Below, one piece after another: positions 46,294-55,089 of a stretch of DNA of 55,826 nucleotides; position 1 is the stretch's first letter, and each line of letters begins with the position of its first letter. Source of the DNA: a virus (lineage: Duplodnaviria > Caudoviricetes); IMG/VR virus record IMGVR_UViG_3300020045_002251, positions 1-55,826 of that record; one strand, 5' to 3'. A model generated the notes under the pieces. It did no database searches. It was not told the origin of the DNA and saw only the letters and a list, made by a program, of their open reading frames with translations. The translations under genes were made by a program, and so were the position numbers.

Positions 46294-46625
46294 ATAAATT
46301 ATTTAAATCAATCTTAGTTTCTGGATTATTAATTACCGCATCATCAGTTCATGCAGATGATAAAATAAGAGTTACAAAAGGCGATATGCTGGGATGTGCA
46401 TCATTTGATAGTATTTATCAGGTGTGGTCTGCAATTGCAGCAAGAGTAGATCCAATTGATTTGGCGAGGATCGCCATGCAACAAGGTGATTGCGTTTCGC
46501 TTTATAAAGGGCAAAAATACATTGTGACTCAGCGAGATTATCGAAATAAACACATGGCAGAAATTGTGATTATTTCTGGTGAAGCGGCTGGTGTTAAAAT
46601 GTATATTCTGGATAAGGGTTATTAA
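46290..46625 (+). CDS. Putative secreted/periplasmic protein
   Basis: MNKLFKSILVSGLLITASSVHA signal peptide; two Cys. Confidence 0.65.
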   Translation: MNKLFKSILVSGLLITASSVHADDKIRVTKGDMLGCASFDSIYQVWSAIAARVDPIDLARIAMQQGDCVSLYKGQKYIVTQRDYRNKHMAEIVIISGEAAGVKMYILDKGY

Positions 46626-46627
46626 TT

Positions 46628-46813
46628 ATGATTTCTTTATCAACAAAATTCTATCTAACCGGATTCGTATTAGCGTTTACGATTTTCTTTTTGCGGATAC
46701 TTGCTGGACATAACGAGATTTATCCATTGCTGATTATGGTGCCGTTTATGGTTAGTGGGTGGATGATAAAAAAACGAGAAACAGTTTGCAATTGCCGTAT
46801 TTCTGGCAAATAA
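46628..46813 (+). CDS. Small two-TM membrane protein
   Basis: Two hydrophobic segments. Confidence 0.5.
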   Translation: MISLSTKFYLTGFVLAFTIFFLRILAGHNEIYPLLIMVPFMVSGWMIKKRETVCNCRISGK

Positions 46814-46844
46814 TAAGTAATACTTGATTGATAGGAGAAACAAA

Positions 46845-47027
46845 ATGACTAGCGAAGAAATGGATGAGTTGTTGTTTAGCTTGGCGTGGTGCTCATGGAG
46901 TTGTCACCACAACTCAAACGCAAGAGAGATTATCAAAGAACATTTTCCCGATTTGGATGCTAAAAAACAGATTGAGCGTTTTGAAAGTATTGTGACACAC
47001 AGACCACAACAAGGATCACCAAAATGA
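46845..47027 (+). CDS. Hypothetical protein
   Basis: AGGAG RBS before MTSEEM. Confidence 0.55.
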   Translation: MTSEEMDELLFSLAWCSWSCHHNSNAREIIKEHFPDLDAKKQIERFESIVTHRPQQGSPK

Positions 47028-47205
47028 ACTACGCAAACATCAACATTGACGATATCATCGACACATACCAATACGCAGAGAGACCAGAAGGATTTGATGG
47101 CTTTCCGTGCGATGGAGATAAACAAACGGTCGAGCCATCATTCACAATTCAATAGCGGCGATGCTAAATCGGTTTAGCAATTAAATTTAAATAGGAGATT
47201 TACAG

Positions 47206-47592
47206 ATGAATTATGCGGATATGAGCAAAAGAGAAATTAACGTAAGACTTCACGCGCTGCTTGAGTGTCGCGATAAAGCTAAATTCACAGGAATCAAAGG
47301 CAATTACACATTTTGGATGATTGACGGAAAAGAAGTAACGGCGAAATACGATCCAAAAGAGATTGCAAATTACAGTGGTGATATTTCTGTTTTGTGGCCC
47401 TTGATGATTGAGCATGGAATTGCTATTACGCCATTACCAGATTATCCAGGTAAGTTTTCAGCCGATAGAGTGGTTGGTGTTGAAGATGTAACCAGCGATT
47501 GTTTCAATGTTAGCTCTGATATCTGCTATCAGGATTATGACCCGCTGAAAGCTGCTTGTTTTGTGCTTTTGATGATTTTAGGGGATGAGTAA
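47206..47592 (+). CDS. NinX-family (DUF2591-like) protein
   Basis: MNYADMSKREIN...WPLMIEHGIAI...DPLKAAC. Confidence 0.7.
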   Translation: MNYADMSKREINVRLHALLECRDKAKFTGIKGNYTFWMIDGKEVTAKYDPKEIANYSGDISVLWPLMIEHGIAITPLPDYPGKFSADRVVGVEDVTSDCFNVSSDICYQDYDPLKAACFVLLMILGDE

Positions 47593-47863
47593 CATGAATA
47601 TCAAAACGCTCACAGCAAGCAGCACCAATGAAGACCAAGGCGACATATACCAACTTCTTAATATGATTCACATGATGGCTGGCGCTCAAGCGTGTAAAAA
47701 AATAGGCGGTTGGGCATTATCAAGAACAGCAACTTATGACGATTACGTGTTGACGGTCTGGACAAATGGAATTGTTGATATCAAGGCGGAAACGCACAAG
47801 GATTATGAGCGAAATCCAGTGGAACACATTTACACATTATCATCAGTCGAAAAAGAGGATTGA
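47585..47863 (+). CDS. Hypothetical protein
   Basis: Coupled ORF. Confidence 0.55.
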   Translation: MSNMNIKTLTASSTNEDQGDIYQLLNMIHMMAGAQACKKIGGWALSRTATYDDYVLTVWTNGIVDIKAETHKDYERNPVEHIYTLSSVEKED

Positions 47864-47867
47864 CATA

Positions 47868-48203
47868 GTGGATATCACTAAAGTAATAAACAAATACCGA
47901 GTGCATTCATACCATAATCACCTTGAATTCTACAAAGAACCAGAAGGAGAGTGGGGTGAATGCCCAAAATGCAGATTAAAACCCAAAGTTTGGGTGTTTG
48001 ATAATGGTCGCTTTACGGCCTGCGGATGCTGGAATAATAAATATGACAAATTCAGCGTTAGAGCTGAAAGCGTTATGAGTGTGTATAAGCGCACAAACGG
48101 CAAAGGAATGAACGAATACGACACCGATGGATTGCGAAAAAATTGGAACCATTATTGTGAAACAGGCAATGTTTTGTTTTCAGAAGATAACGGATTGTGG
48201 TAA
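47868..48203 (+). CDS. Zinc-ribbon hypothetical protein
   Basis: GAGGA plus GTG start; ECPKCRLKPKVWVFDNGRFTACGC. Confidence 0.6.
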   Translation: MDITKVINKYRVHSYHNHLEFYKEPEGEWGECPKCRLKPKVWVFDNGRFTACGCWNNKYDKFSVRAESVMSVYKRTNGKGMNEYDTDGLRKNWNHYCETGNVLFSEDNGLW

Positions 48204-48241
48204 TAACGCCTTATTCATATGTAAAAAAGAGGATTAAAACC

Positions 48242-48649
48242 ATGTGCAACAAACCAGACCCATCAGCACCAGTGCAGCTTGATACATCACTAACAACAAA
48301 GCAGCTCATCGATATCCGAGCTGAGGCAATCAGAATCATTGAGGCAACAAACAAGGCGATCGCATTTGGTTACTTTTCTGGAAACCTGATTGATAAATTC
48401 GGCGACATCCAGAAATGCCAGGATGAAGAGTTCATGAATGTGCATAATGCGGTTGATGCAATTCTTGATTCATTGGGTGTGCCGTTGGTTGGGGATGATA
48501 TGCCTGTTTTGGTTGCCGGAAAATTATCAGATTCAGATGTGGATGTGTTCAAAAAGAAATGGGAATCAGTTGGGGATGATATGCCGATTGATGTGACAGA
48601 TACTAAAAACTGGACAAATGTAACCCCGCACAAATTAACAACGTTATGA
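48242..48649 (+). CDS. Hypothetical protein
   Basis: GAGGA RBS; internal duplicated VGDDMP. Confidence 0.6.
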   Translation: MCNKPDPSAPVQLDTSLTTKQLIDIRAEAIRIIEATNKAIAFGYFSGNLIDKFGDIQKCQDEEFMNVHNAVDAILDSLGVPLVGDDMPVLVAGKLSDSDVDVFKKKWESVGDDMPIDVTDTKNWTNVTPHKLTTL

Positions 48650-48757
48650 GACAGATGAAATAAACAAAACTTGAAATACCCACAAAAACGTGCAACACTA
48701 AACAGGATATTTAAACGAATGAATTTTACATACAAACTTTGATACATAAGGAATTAT

Positions 48758-49330
48758 ATGGGCCTAAAAATTACCCGATTCAGTGGACAGAAAATCGTCA
48801 TGAAGGGCGCTGATATCAATTGCACCGTTACCATGCTGGCATGTACCGATGAGATGTGCCGCATCTACAATGCACCATTCGTGTGCCGCATTGAAAACAA
48901 GAATCTATCTGTCGTTTATGCTCCAATTCAATCTGGCAAGATGAACAAAATCGGAAAGATGGAATTTCGCATCACTAATACCAACAACGGGCAGGCAACA
49001 TTCTATTTTGGTTACACCAAAGAAGAATGCCCGCTCATTCTGCGCGCTGAATTGATTTGTCGTAATGACCATGATGTTGATATTTATGATGATGATTTCA
49101 CTGTGCTGGATGATGAAATTCGCGATACTGACACCCATTATTCAACACCGGAACTGTGGAAAGAAGTTTTCGTGAATGTGTTTTTCAGTAAGTTAGGCGG
49201 TGGTCGTATTCCTGATTCTGTCATTCGTCAGGATGCGGATATCAATGCGGCTGAGTTTATTGATTCAGGCATGTGGGAAATGAATACCCCACAAGAAGCG
49301 GCAATGAATTGTTTGGCTAATTGGGATTAA
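48758..49330 (+). CDS. CsrA/RsmA-like protein with an acidic C-terminal domain
   Basis: MGLKITRFSGQKIVM..ADINCTVTML and ...GQATFYF..TKEECPLILRAEL resemble CsrA [23 protein letters not shown]...[20 protein letters not shown]. Confidence 0.5.
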   Translation: MGLKITRFSGQKIVMKGADINCTVTMLACTDEMCRIYNAPFVCRIENKNLSVVYAPIQSGKMNKIGKMEFRITNTNNGQATFYFGYTKEECPLILRAELICRNDHDVDIYDDDFTVLDDEIRDTDTHYSTPELWKEVFVNVFFSKLGGGRIPDSVIRQDADINAAEFIDSGMWEMNTPQEAAMNCLANWD

Positions 49331-49336
49331 TACAAA

Positions 49337-49606
49337 ATGACAAAACCAAAATTCATGGCATTCGAATCACCGCAACAAGGTGGTAAAAAGTTCGATAATA
49401 TCGCTATTGAATGCGCAAGTATTGAATCAGTGCGCTCAAATGGTGATGAGCAATCAATTATTTTTTGCAAGTCTGGTAACAAGGTTATCGTGCGAGGCAA
49501 GGCTGACAATATCATGCTGGTATTGGCTGATAATTTGGGGTTGTTGCCAGAAAACAAAAATGAGCCAGATTTTAGCGTTGAAGCGCCAAAACCGGAGATT
49601 GTTTGA
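49337..49606 (+). CDS. Hypothetical protein
   Basis: IAIECASIESV small beta domain. Confidence 0.6.
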   Translation: MTKPKFMAFESPQQGGKKFDNIAIECASIESVRSNGDEQSIIFCKSGNKVIVRGKADNIMLVLADNLGLLPENKNEPDFSVEAPKPEIV

Positions 49607-49941
49607 TTATGAAAAAATTATGGATAATCATTGGGTTGATAATCAATATTCTGTTTACTGTTTATGTCGCCGTGATTGCAGTTCCAATGATTGAAGCGGC
49701 TTATTCGGTATGGTCTAGTGATACACAGTCACAGAATTTTAACTTGTCATTTACTGGAAGTTCAATCATTGTCGCGTCATCATTGGTTGTCTTATTGCTA
49801 TTCCATGCTGCCAGTGATTTATTTGATTCGGTAAAATTACTAAAGCAATCGGTAAAATACGGCATTCCAAAATTCAATGTCAAAACACCAATGCCGGAAG
49901 TTAAGGCGCCAAAACAACCACTTGAGGACGAGCAGGTATGA
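49603..49941 (+). CDS. Two-TM membrane protein
   Basis: Two hydrophobic helices; TPMPEVKAPK tail. Confidence 0.6.
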   Translation: MIMKKLWIIIGLIINILFTVYVAVIAVPMIEAAYSVWSSDTQSQNFNLSFTGSSIIVASSLVVLLLFHAASDLFDSVKLLKQSVKYGIPKFNVKTPMPEVKAPKQPLEDEQV

Positions 49942-49979
49942 ACGAAGAAGATTGGGGCGTATAACCCACAACAACCACC

Positions 49980-50012
49980 AGCCGGACTAACCTCCGGCTT
50001 TTGTGTTAAAAT
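49980..50012 (+). promoter_or_regulatory. Terminator followed by extended -10 promoter (TGtTAAAAT) for the packaging genes
   Basis: agccgga-ctaacc-tccggctttt; TG 50004-50005, TAAAAT 50007-50012. Confidence 0.6.
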
Positions 50013-50044
50013 TGACTATTGATTTATATGGATTGGATGGCTTT

Positions 50045-50488
50045 ATGGTTGGTAGACCTAGTATTTTTTCGGAAGAATTAGCCGATACAATTTTAAACCG
50101 ATTAGCTGGTGGTGAGAGCCTTCGCTCAATCTGCCGTGACGATTCTATGCCTGCAATGTCATCCGTTCTTCTATGGGTCGTTGATGGTCGTCACAAGGCT
50201 TTTTCGGAGCAATACACAATAGCTCGAGCTGCTCAGGGCTATTATTATGCCGATAGCATCCTAGAAATATCCTCAGAATTAGCGCGCGGTGAGCTAGACC
50301 ATCAATCAGCAAAAGTGATTATTGATGCTTATAAATGGACTGCCGAGCGTAACGCGCCAAAGGCCTACGCAAGTAAGCAATCACAAAGCATTGAGCTATC
50401 AGGCCCTAATGGCGAGCCAGTTCAAACTGCTACATTATCTGCGTCCGAATTTGAAGAGATAGCAAGAAAACTGCACGATGAGGTGTAG
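50045..50488 (+). CDS. terS: Terminase small subunit
   Basis: GRPSIFSEELADTIL.RLA.GESLRSICRDD.MP..S.V..W, F.EQY..AR, KW.A...APK.Y, ELSGPNGEPV. Confidence 0.9.
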   Translation: MVGRPSIFSEELADTILNRLAGGESLRSICRDDSMPAMSSVLLWVVDGRHKAFSEQYTIARAAQGYYYADSILEISSELARGELDHQSAKVIIDAYKWTAERNAPKAYASKQSQSIELSGPNGEPVQTATLSASEFEEIARKLHDEV

Positions 50489-50491
50489 TTA

Positions 50492-51904
50492 GTGGATCAA
50501 GAACATTTAGCGGCAATCCATCTGGCAAGGCATGACTTCTATTTTTTTGTTAGATGGATGTTTCTTAAACGCAAAAAGTTCAAGTGGATGCGCGGTAAGC
50601 AGCACAAGATTATCTGTGATGCATTAATGCGCGTCTATCGCGGCGAATGCAAACGCCTGATAATCAACATCCCTCCTCGCTACAGCAAAACAGAAATAGC
50701 CGTTGTCATGTTCATCGCTTGGTCAATGGGTAAAAACCCAGACAGCGAATTTATTCATGCCTGTTATTCTGGTGCGCTTGCCACAAAAAACAGTGGTGAA
50801 ATCAGAGAGATATTAAAGACACCAGAATATCAAGAGATATTCCCTGATGCAAAATTAAGAAACGACTCTCAAGCCAAGCATGAATGGCGCACCACGGAAG
50901 GTGGCTGTATGTATGCCGTTGGTACTGGCGGGACAATTACTGGTTATGGCGCTGGTAAGGTTCGTGAAGGATTTGGCGGCGCCATAATTGGTGATGACCT
51001 CCATAAAGCCGATGAATCCAGAAGTTCGGTTATGCGAAACAACGTTATCGAATGGTTTCAAAATACACTGGAATCAAGAACAAACAGCCCTCATACACCA
51101 ATCATTATCATCATGCAAAGATTGCATGAAATGGATATTGCCGGATGGTTGCTTGCTGGCAATAACGGTGAAGAGTGGGAGCATATAAAGCTGGAGGCAC
51201 TGCAACCCGATGGCTCCGCATTATGGCCCGAAAAGCACACTCGTGAGAGACTTCTGCAAATGCAAGAAGCTGCACCATATACCTTTTCTGGTCAGTATCA
51301 GCAAAATCCATCACCATCTGACGGAGGTATATTCAAACCAGCAAGAATCACCGTCGTTCCTGATTTACCCATTGATGCAGGCATTAAATGGGTGCGCGGT
51401 TGGGACTTGGCATCTACAACTGATGGAGACTGGACGGTTGGCGCTAAATTAGGTCGGTTGTCTGATGGTCGATTCATTATTGCAGATATTGCAAGGGATA
51501 GAATCGGCCCAGATGAACGTGACTTGATGATGAAAAACGTTGCCATGGCTGACGGTCGCAGCGTTAAACAATCAATACCTCAAGACCCGGGTCAAGCTGG
51601 TAAATCCCAAGTGTTGTACTTTTCAAAAATGCTTGCTGGTCTGAATCTCACCTTCTCGCCGGAGTCTGGCGACAAGATAACACGCGCAGAACCGTTCGCA
51701 TCGCAGGTAAACAGCGGAAATGTTATCATGGTGGCATCTCCCATGTGTGATGCATTGAGAGCTGAAATGGCAATGTTCCCTAATGGCGCGCATGACGACC
51801 AAGTGGATGCATTATCCCGCGCTTTCAATGAATTGCTCGAACTAAAAAACAAACTAAAAATCTCGCCGGAGCTGCTTGCAATGGCTAAGACAAGAAGGCG
51901 TTAA
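50492..51904 (+). CDS. terL: Terminase large subunit
   Basis: LIINIPPRYSKT, ITGYGAG, IGDDLHK, IMQRLHEMD, GWDLA, GDKITRAEP, FPNGAHDDQVDA. Confidence 0.95.
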   Translation: MDQEHLAAIHLARHDFYFFVRWMFLKRKKFKWMRGKQHKIICDALMRVYRGECKRLIINIPPRYSKTEIAVVMFIAWSMGKNPDSEFIHACYSGALATKNSGEIREILKTPEYQEIFPDAKLRNDSQAKHEWRTTEGGCMYAVGTGGTITGYGAGKVREGFGGAIIGDDLHKADESRSSVMRNNVIEWFQNTLESRTNSPHTPIIIIMQRLHEMDIAGWLLAGNNGEEWEHIKLEALQPDGSALWPEKHTRERLLQMQEAAPYTFSGQYQQNPSPSDGGIFKPARITVVPDLPIDAGIKWVRGWDLASTTDGDWTVGAKLGRLSDGRFIIADIARDRIGPDERDLMMKNVAMADGRSVKQSIPQDPGQAGKSQVLYFSKMLAGLNLTFSPESGDKITRAEPFASQVNSGNVIMVASPMCDALRAEMAMFPNGAHDDQVDALSRAFNELLELKNKLKISPELLAMAKTRRR

Positions 51905-51905
51905 A

Positions 51906-53420
51906 ATGACAGCTAGAAAACGGGCGGGAAAGACTCAGAGATTGGTGGTTAATGCGCCAAAGCAAATAAGTAAAAAGCCGATGAAGATTAACGATGAGAC
52001 CAAGATGCTTGCGACTTACAACAAGAAAAACATCAAGTCGCAATTGGTTGAACTGTATTCCATCCCCAAAGCAATGCCAGGCGTGAAGAGTAAAACATCA
52101 ATAGCGATGGATAGCTCAATGGAAAGCGGCGCTTATGCATTCGCAATTGAGAATACAATCTATTCAGAAGGTCAGACTTTCTTAGGTTATCCATATCTAT
52201 CTGAACTTTATCAACGCCCAGAATATCGCCGTCCATCTGAAATTATCGCTAAGGAAATGACCCGTAAGTGGATCAAACTGACGGTATCAGGCGACGAAGA
52301 TAAAGCTGATAAAATCAAACTAATCGAATCAGAAATGAAGCGACTAAATCTGCAAGGCGTGACTCGCAAACTGATTGAGCACGATGGTGCATTTGGTCGC
52401 GGTCAAGTCTTTGTAGATGTAGGTTACAAAATCGATGATGCTGAAATGCAATCGCCATTGGTCGAGAGTGCTAATAAATTACCAAAGGGCGGATTAAAGC
52501 GACTGGTTAATATCGAGCCAATTTGGACTTATCCGAATAAATACGAAACCACAGACCCGACTGACGAGCATTTTTACCGCCCAGAAACATGGTCAGTAAT
52601 GGGAAATGAAATCCATTGCACTCGCCTACTGACATTGGTCAGCCGCCCGGTTGCTGACTTGTTAAAGCCCGCCTATGCGTTCGGCGGACTATCACTCACG
52701 CAAATGGGCAAGCCTTACGTGGATAACTGGCTGCGCACTCGCCAAGCCGTTTCAGATTTGGTTCATTCATTTTCGGTGTCCGGTATCAAAACAGATTTAG
52801 AGGCCGCATTAACCGGAACTGGCGGAAGCGAGATGTTTGACCGCGCTGATTTGTTCATCGCGACAAAGGACAATTCCGGCTTGATGATGCTGAATAAGGA
52901 TGAGGAATTCTTTAACGTATCAACGCCATTATCTACTCTCGATGCACTACAGGCTCAAGCACAGGAACATATGTCGGCAGTTTACGGAATACCGCTTGTG
53001 GTCTTGCTGGGTATCACGCCGAGCGGTCTGAATGCTTCCAGTGACGGTGAAATGCGGGCTTATTTCAATTGGGTTGAATCTCAGCAAGAATGCTTGCGTC
53101 CTTTTCTTTCTCGCATTTTAAATCTTATTCAATTGAATATTTTCGGCGAAATTGATTCAGATATTGATTTCAAATTCGAGCCATTGTGGACCATGAACGA
53201 AAAAGAATTGGCAGAAATTCGCAAGATTGAGATGGATACTGATGCAGTTGCTATCGAGGCGGGAGTTATCAGCCAAGAGGAGTCACGCCAACGGTTAGCA
53301 AATGAAGAGGGCTCGCCTTATGCTGGCATTGATTTGGGGGAGGATTTGCCAGAACCATCACCCCCAGAAGATGATGAAGAGATGAAAAAGTTTGTCGATG
53401 GAGGCAAACTGGAAGAATAG
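51906..53420 (+). CDS. Portal protein (DUF1073)
   Basis: FLGYPYLSEL.QRPEYR, EMTRKW, IEPIWTYP, LLKPAYAFGGLS, LLGITPSGLNASSDGE. Confidence 0.9.
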   Translation: MTARKRAGKTQRLVVNAPKQISKKPMKINDETKMLATYNKKNIKSQLVELYSIPKAMPGVKSKTSIAMDSSMESGAYAFAIENTIYSEGQTFLGYPYLSELYQRPEYRRPSEIIAKEMTRKWIKLTVSGDEDKADKIKLIESEMKRLNLQGVTRKLIEHDGAFGRGQVFVDVGYKIDDAEMQSPLVESANKLPKGGLKRLVNIEPIWTYPNKYETTDPTDEHFYRPETWSVMGNEIHCTRLLTLVSRPVADLLKPAYAFGGLSLTQMGKPYVDNWLRTRQAVSDLVHSFSVSGIKTDLEAALTGTGGSEMFDRADLFIATKDNSGLMMLNKDEEFFNVSTPLSTLDALQAQAQEHMSAVYGIPLVVLLGITPSGLNASSDGEMRAYFNWVESQQECLRPFLSRILNLIQLNIFGEIDSDIDFKFEPLWTMNEKELAEIRKIEMDTDAVAIEAGVISQEESRQRLANEEGSPYAGIDLGEDLPEPSPPEDDEEMKKFVDGGKLEE

Positions 53421-53453
53421 ACAACTGTAAACCATTAATTGACAGTTCAATTT

Positions 53454-53477
53454 AAGCCCTCGAAAGAGGGTTTTTTA
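53454..53477 (+). terminator. Intrinsic terminator
   Basis: agccct-cgaaag-agggttttttt. Confidence 0.8.
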
Positions 53478-53546
53478 TTGCCTGCATCTTGTAATACATA
53501 AAAGATAGGTCTATTATTCGGTTGTTGGTTAACAGGAGATAAAGAG

Positions 53547-53903
53547 ATGAGAGAGATTAAGTTTCGCTGTTGGAATGCGCATGCTGGGGTGATGCATGAA
53601 TGGGAAGAGTTGATTAAATTGGGAAAGATTCATCTGCTAGCCAATCAACAAGGCTCATATCCAGTAATGCAATTCACCGGAATGCACGACAACTGCAAAA
53701 AGGGGCTGTATGAGGGTGATTTATGTCGCCCTTACGTAAACACAGATTTACTTTACGAGGTGGTGTGGGATGAAGGTTCGGCATCATTTCTATATCAATT
53801 AATTAATGGTGACATGACACAATACGAAGGAATGGATGAATTTGATGGCGCAATTTTAATTGTCGGCAACATCCACCAAAACAAAGAACTTTTAGGAGAG
53901 TAA
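53547..53903 (+). CDS. YopX-family protein
   Basis: MREIKFRCW...MQFTG..D...K.LYEGD...VGNIHQNKELL. Confidence 0.85.
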   Translation: MREIKFRCWNAHAGVMHEWEELIKLGKIHLLANQQGSYPVMQFTGMHDNCKKGLYEGDLCRPYVNTDLLYEVVWDEGSASFLYQLINGDMTQYEGMDEFDGAILIVGNIHQNKELLGE

Positions 53904-53905
53904 AG

Positions 53906-54922
53906 ATGGGAACCAGAAGTTTAACCAAAGTTTATGACCAGTTTAAAGGTGAGTTAATTTGCACCATGTATTGTCAATATGATGGATATCCAACCGGTGT
54001 TGGTGCTGATATCTTTAATGCATTAAAAGGAATTAATGTAGTAAATGGCTACAATGACTCCACGCCAGAACCATTCGTTAATAGAATGGGTCAATTGGTC
54101 TCGTATCTTGTGAAAAACTCAGACATAAAATACGAATTCACAAGTGATGATGATGCGAACTATATTGATTACACATACCACTTGAAATTCAAGGATGGAA
54201 AAGTATTTCTAGAAGTAGATTCATTTGATGAACAGATTTACAGTGGGATGCTTGACGATTTTGATGCAGAAAAAGTTCAGGACTCGGAAATCCGAATAAC
54301 GCTCAAGTCAAATAAATTAAACAAAAACAGGAGAATAGAAATGAAATTCAACTACATCAAAGGCGCAGAGAAAGATTTTGAGGGTGCGCCAGATTGGGTG
54401 ACTGTTAAAACAGAATATAAGTGGTATGGAATGATTGACAAGGTAAATTATTATCTTGTTATTGATTATAAATCACTTTCAAAGAAAAAATCAGCTTACA
54501 ACTCAATTGATGAAGTTTTTGTTAAATCTGTAGAAAAAATCATCGCCCAACGCGAACCAATCACAGAAACTCTTTCATGGTATGAAAAGGGTGAATTGCC
54601 GCCGATTGGGGATGCTTGCGAAGTTAAGATGCACGGCGAATGGTTCCATACCGAAATAATCGGATTCACAAAATCTGGCTCAATCGTTTTCTCGCTGCCA
54701 TTTGATGTATTTAATCGACTTTATGATTCATTTGATCCAGATGCTATCAAAAATAATGGATCAACAGAACTATTTCGCCCATTAAAATCCAAACAAGAAA
54801 AAGAAAAGGAAGAGTTGGTAACTGCGCTTTCATGTGCGTGGCTCGACTCAAGTGGGATTGCTGACTTGTCAGAAATAGCCCAAAAACTATACGATTTGGG
54901 CTATCGGAAGATTGAGAAATAG
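53906..54922 (+). CDS. Hypothetical protein, apparent fusion of two phage genes
   Basis: MGTRSLT...YCQYDGYP.GVG N-terminal part; internal AGGAG plus in-frame ATG at 54341. Confidence 0.65.
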   Translation: MGTRSLTKVYDQFKGELICTMYCQYDGYPTGVGADIFNALKGINVVNGYNDSTPEPFVNRMGQLVSYLVKNSDIKYEFTSDDDANYIDYTYHLKFKDGKVFLEVDSFDEQIYSGMLDDFDAEKVQDSEIRITLKSNKLNKNRRIEMKFNYIKGAEKDFEGAPDWVTVKTEYKWYGMIDKVNYYLVIDYKSLSKKKSAYNSIDEVFVKSVEKIIAQREPITETLSWYEKGELPPIGDACEVKMHGEWFHTEIIGFTKSGSIVFSLPFDVFNRLYDSFDPDAIKNNGSTELFRPLKSKQEKEKEELVTALSCAWLDSSGIADLSEIAQKLYDLGYRKIEK

Positions 54923-55006
54923 TTTAACATTGCGTGAAAATCCAATCGATATACGAAGCTTGAGACGCTAGGCCTACTCATGATGTGATGGAAGATTGGA
55001 TTAACA

Positions 55007-55038
55007 AAAACCCAGACGCCAAATGCTCTGGGTTTTTT
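55007..55038 (+). terminator. Intrinsic terminator
   Basis: aaaacccaga...tctgggtttttt. Confidence 0.7.
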
Positions 55039-55089
55039 CTTGCCAGCAAAACGCGCTATAATACCCCATCACCATCAATCGACTACCCC

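Noticed and set aside
51906-53420. Portal as an anti-CBASS Acb1 protein (a frequent label for DUF1073)
   Set aside because: No appended 2H-phosphoesterase domain with paired HxT motifs; ordinary portal length
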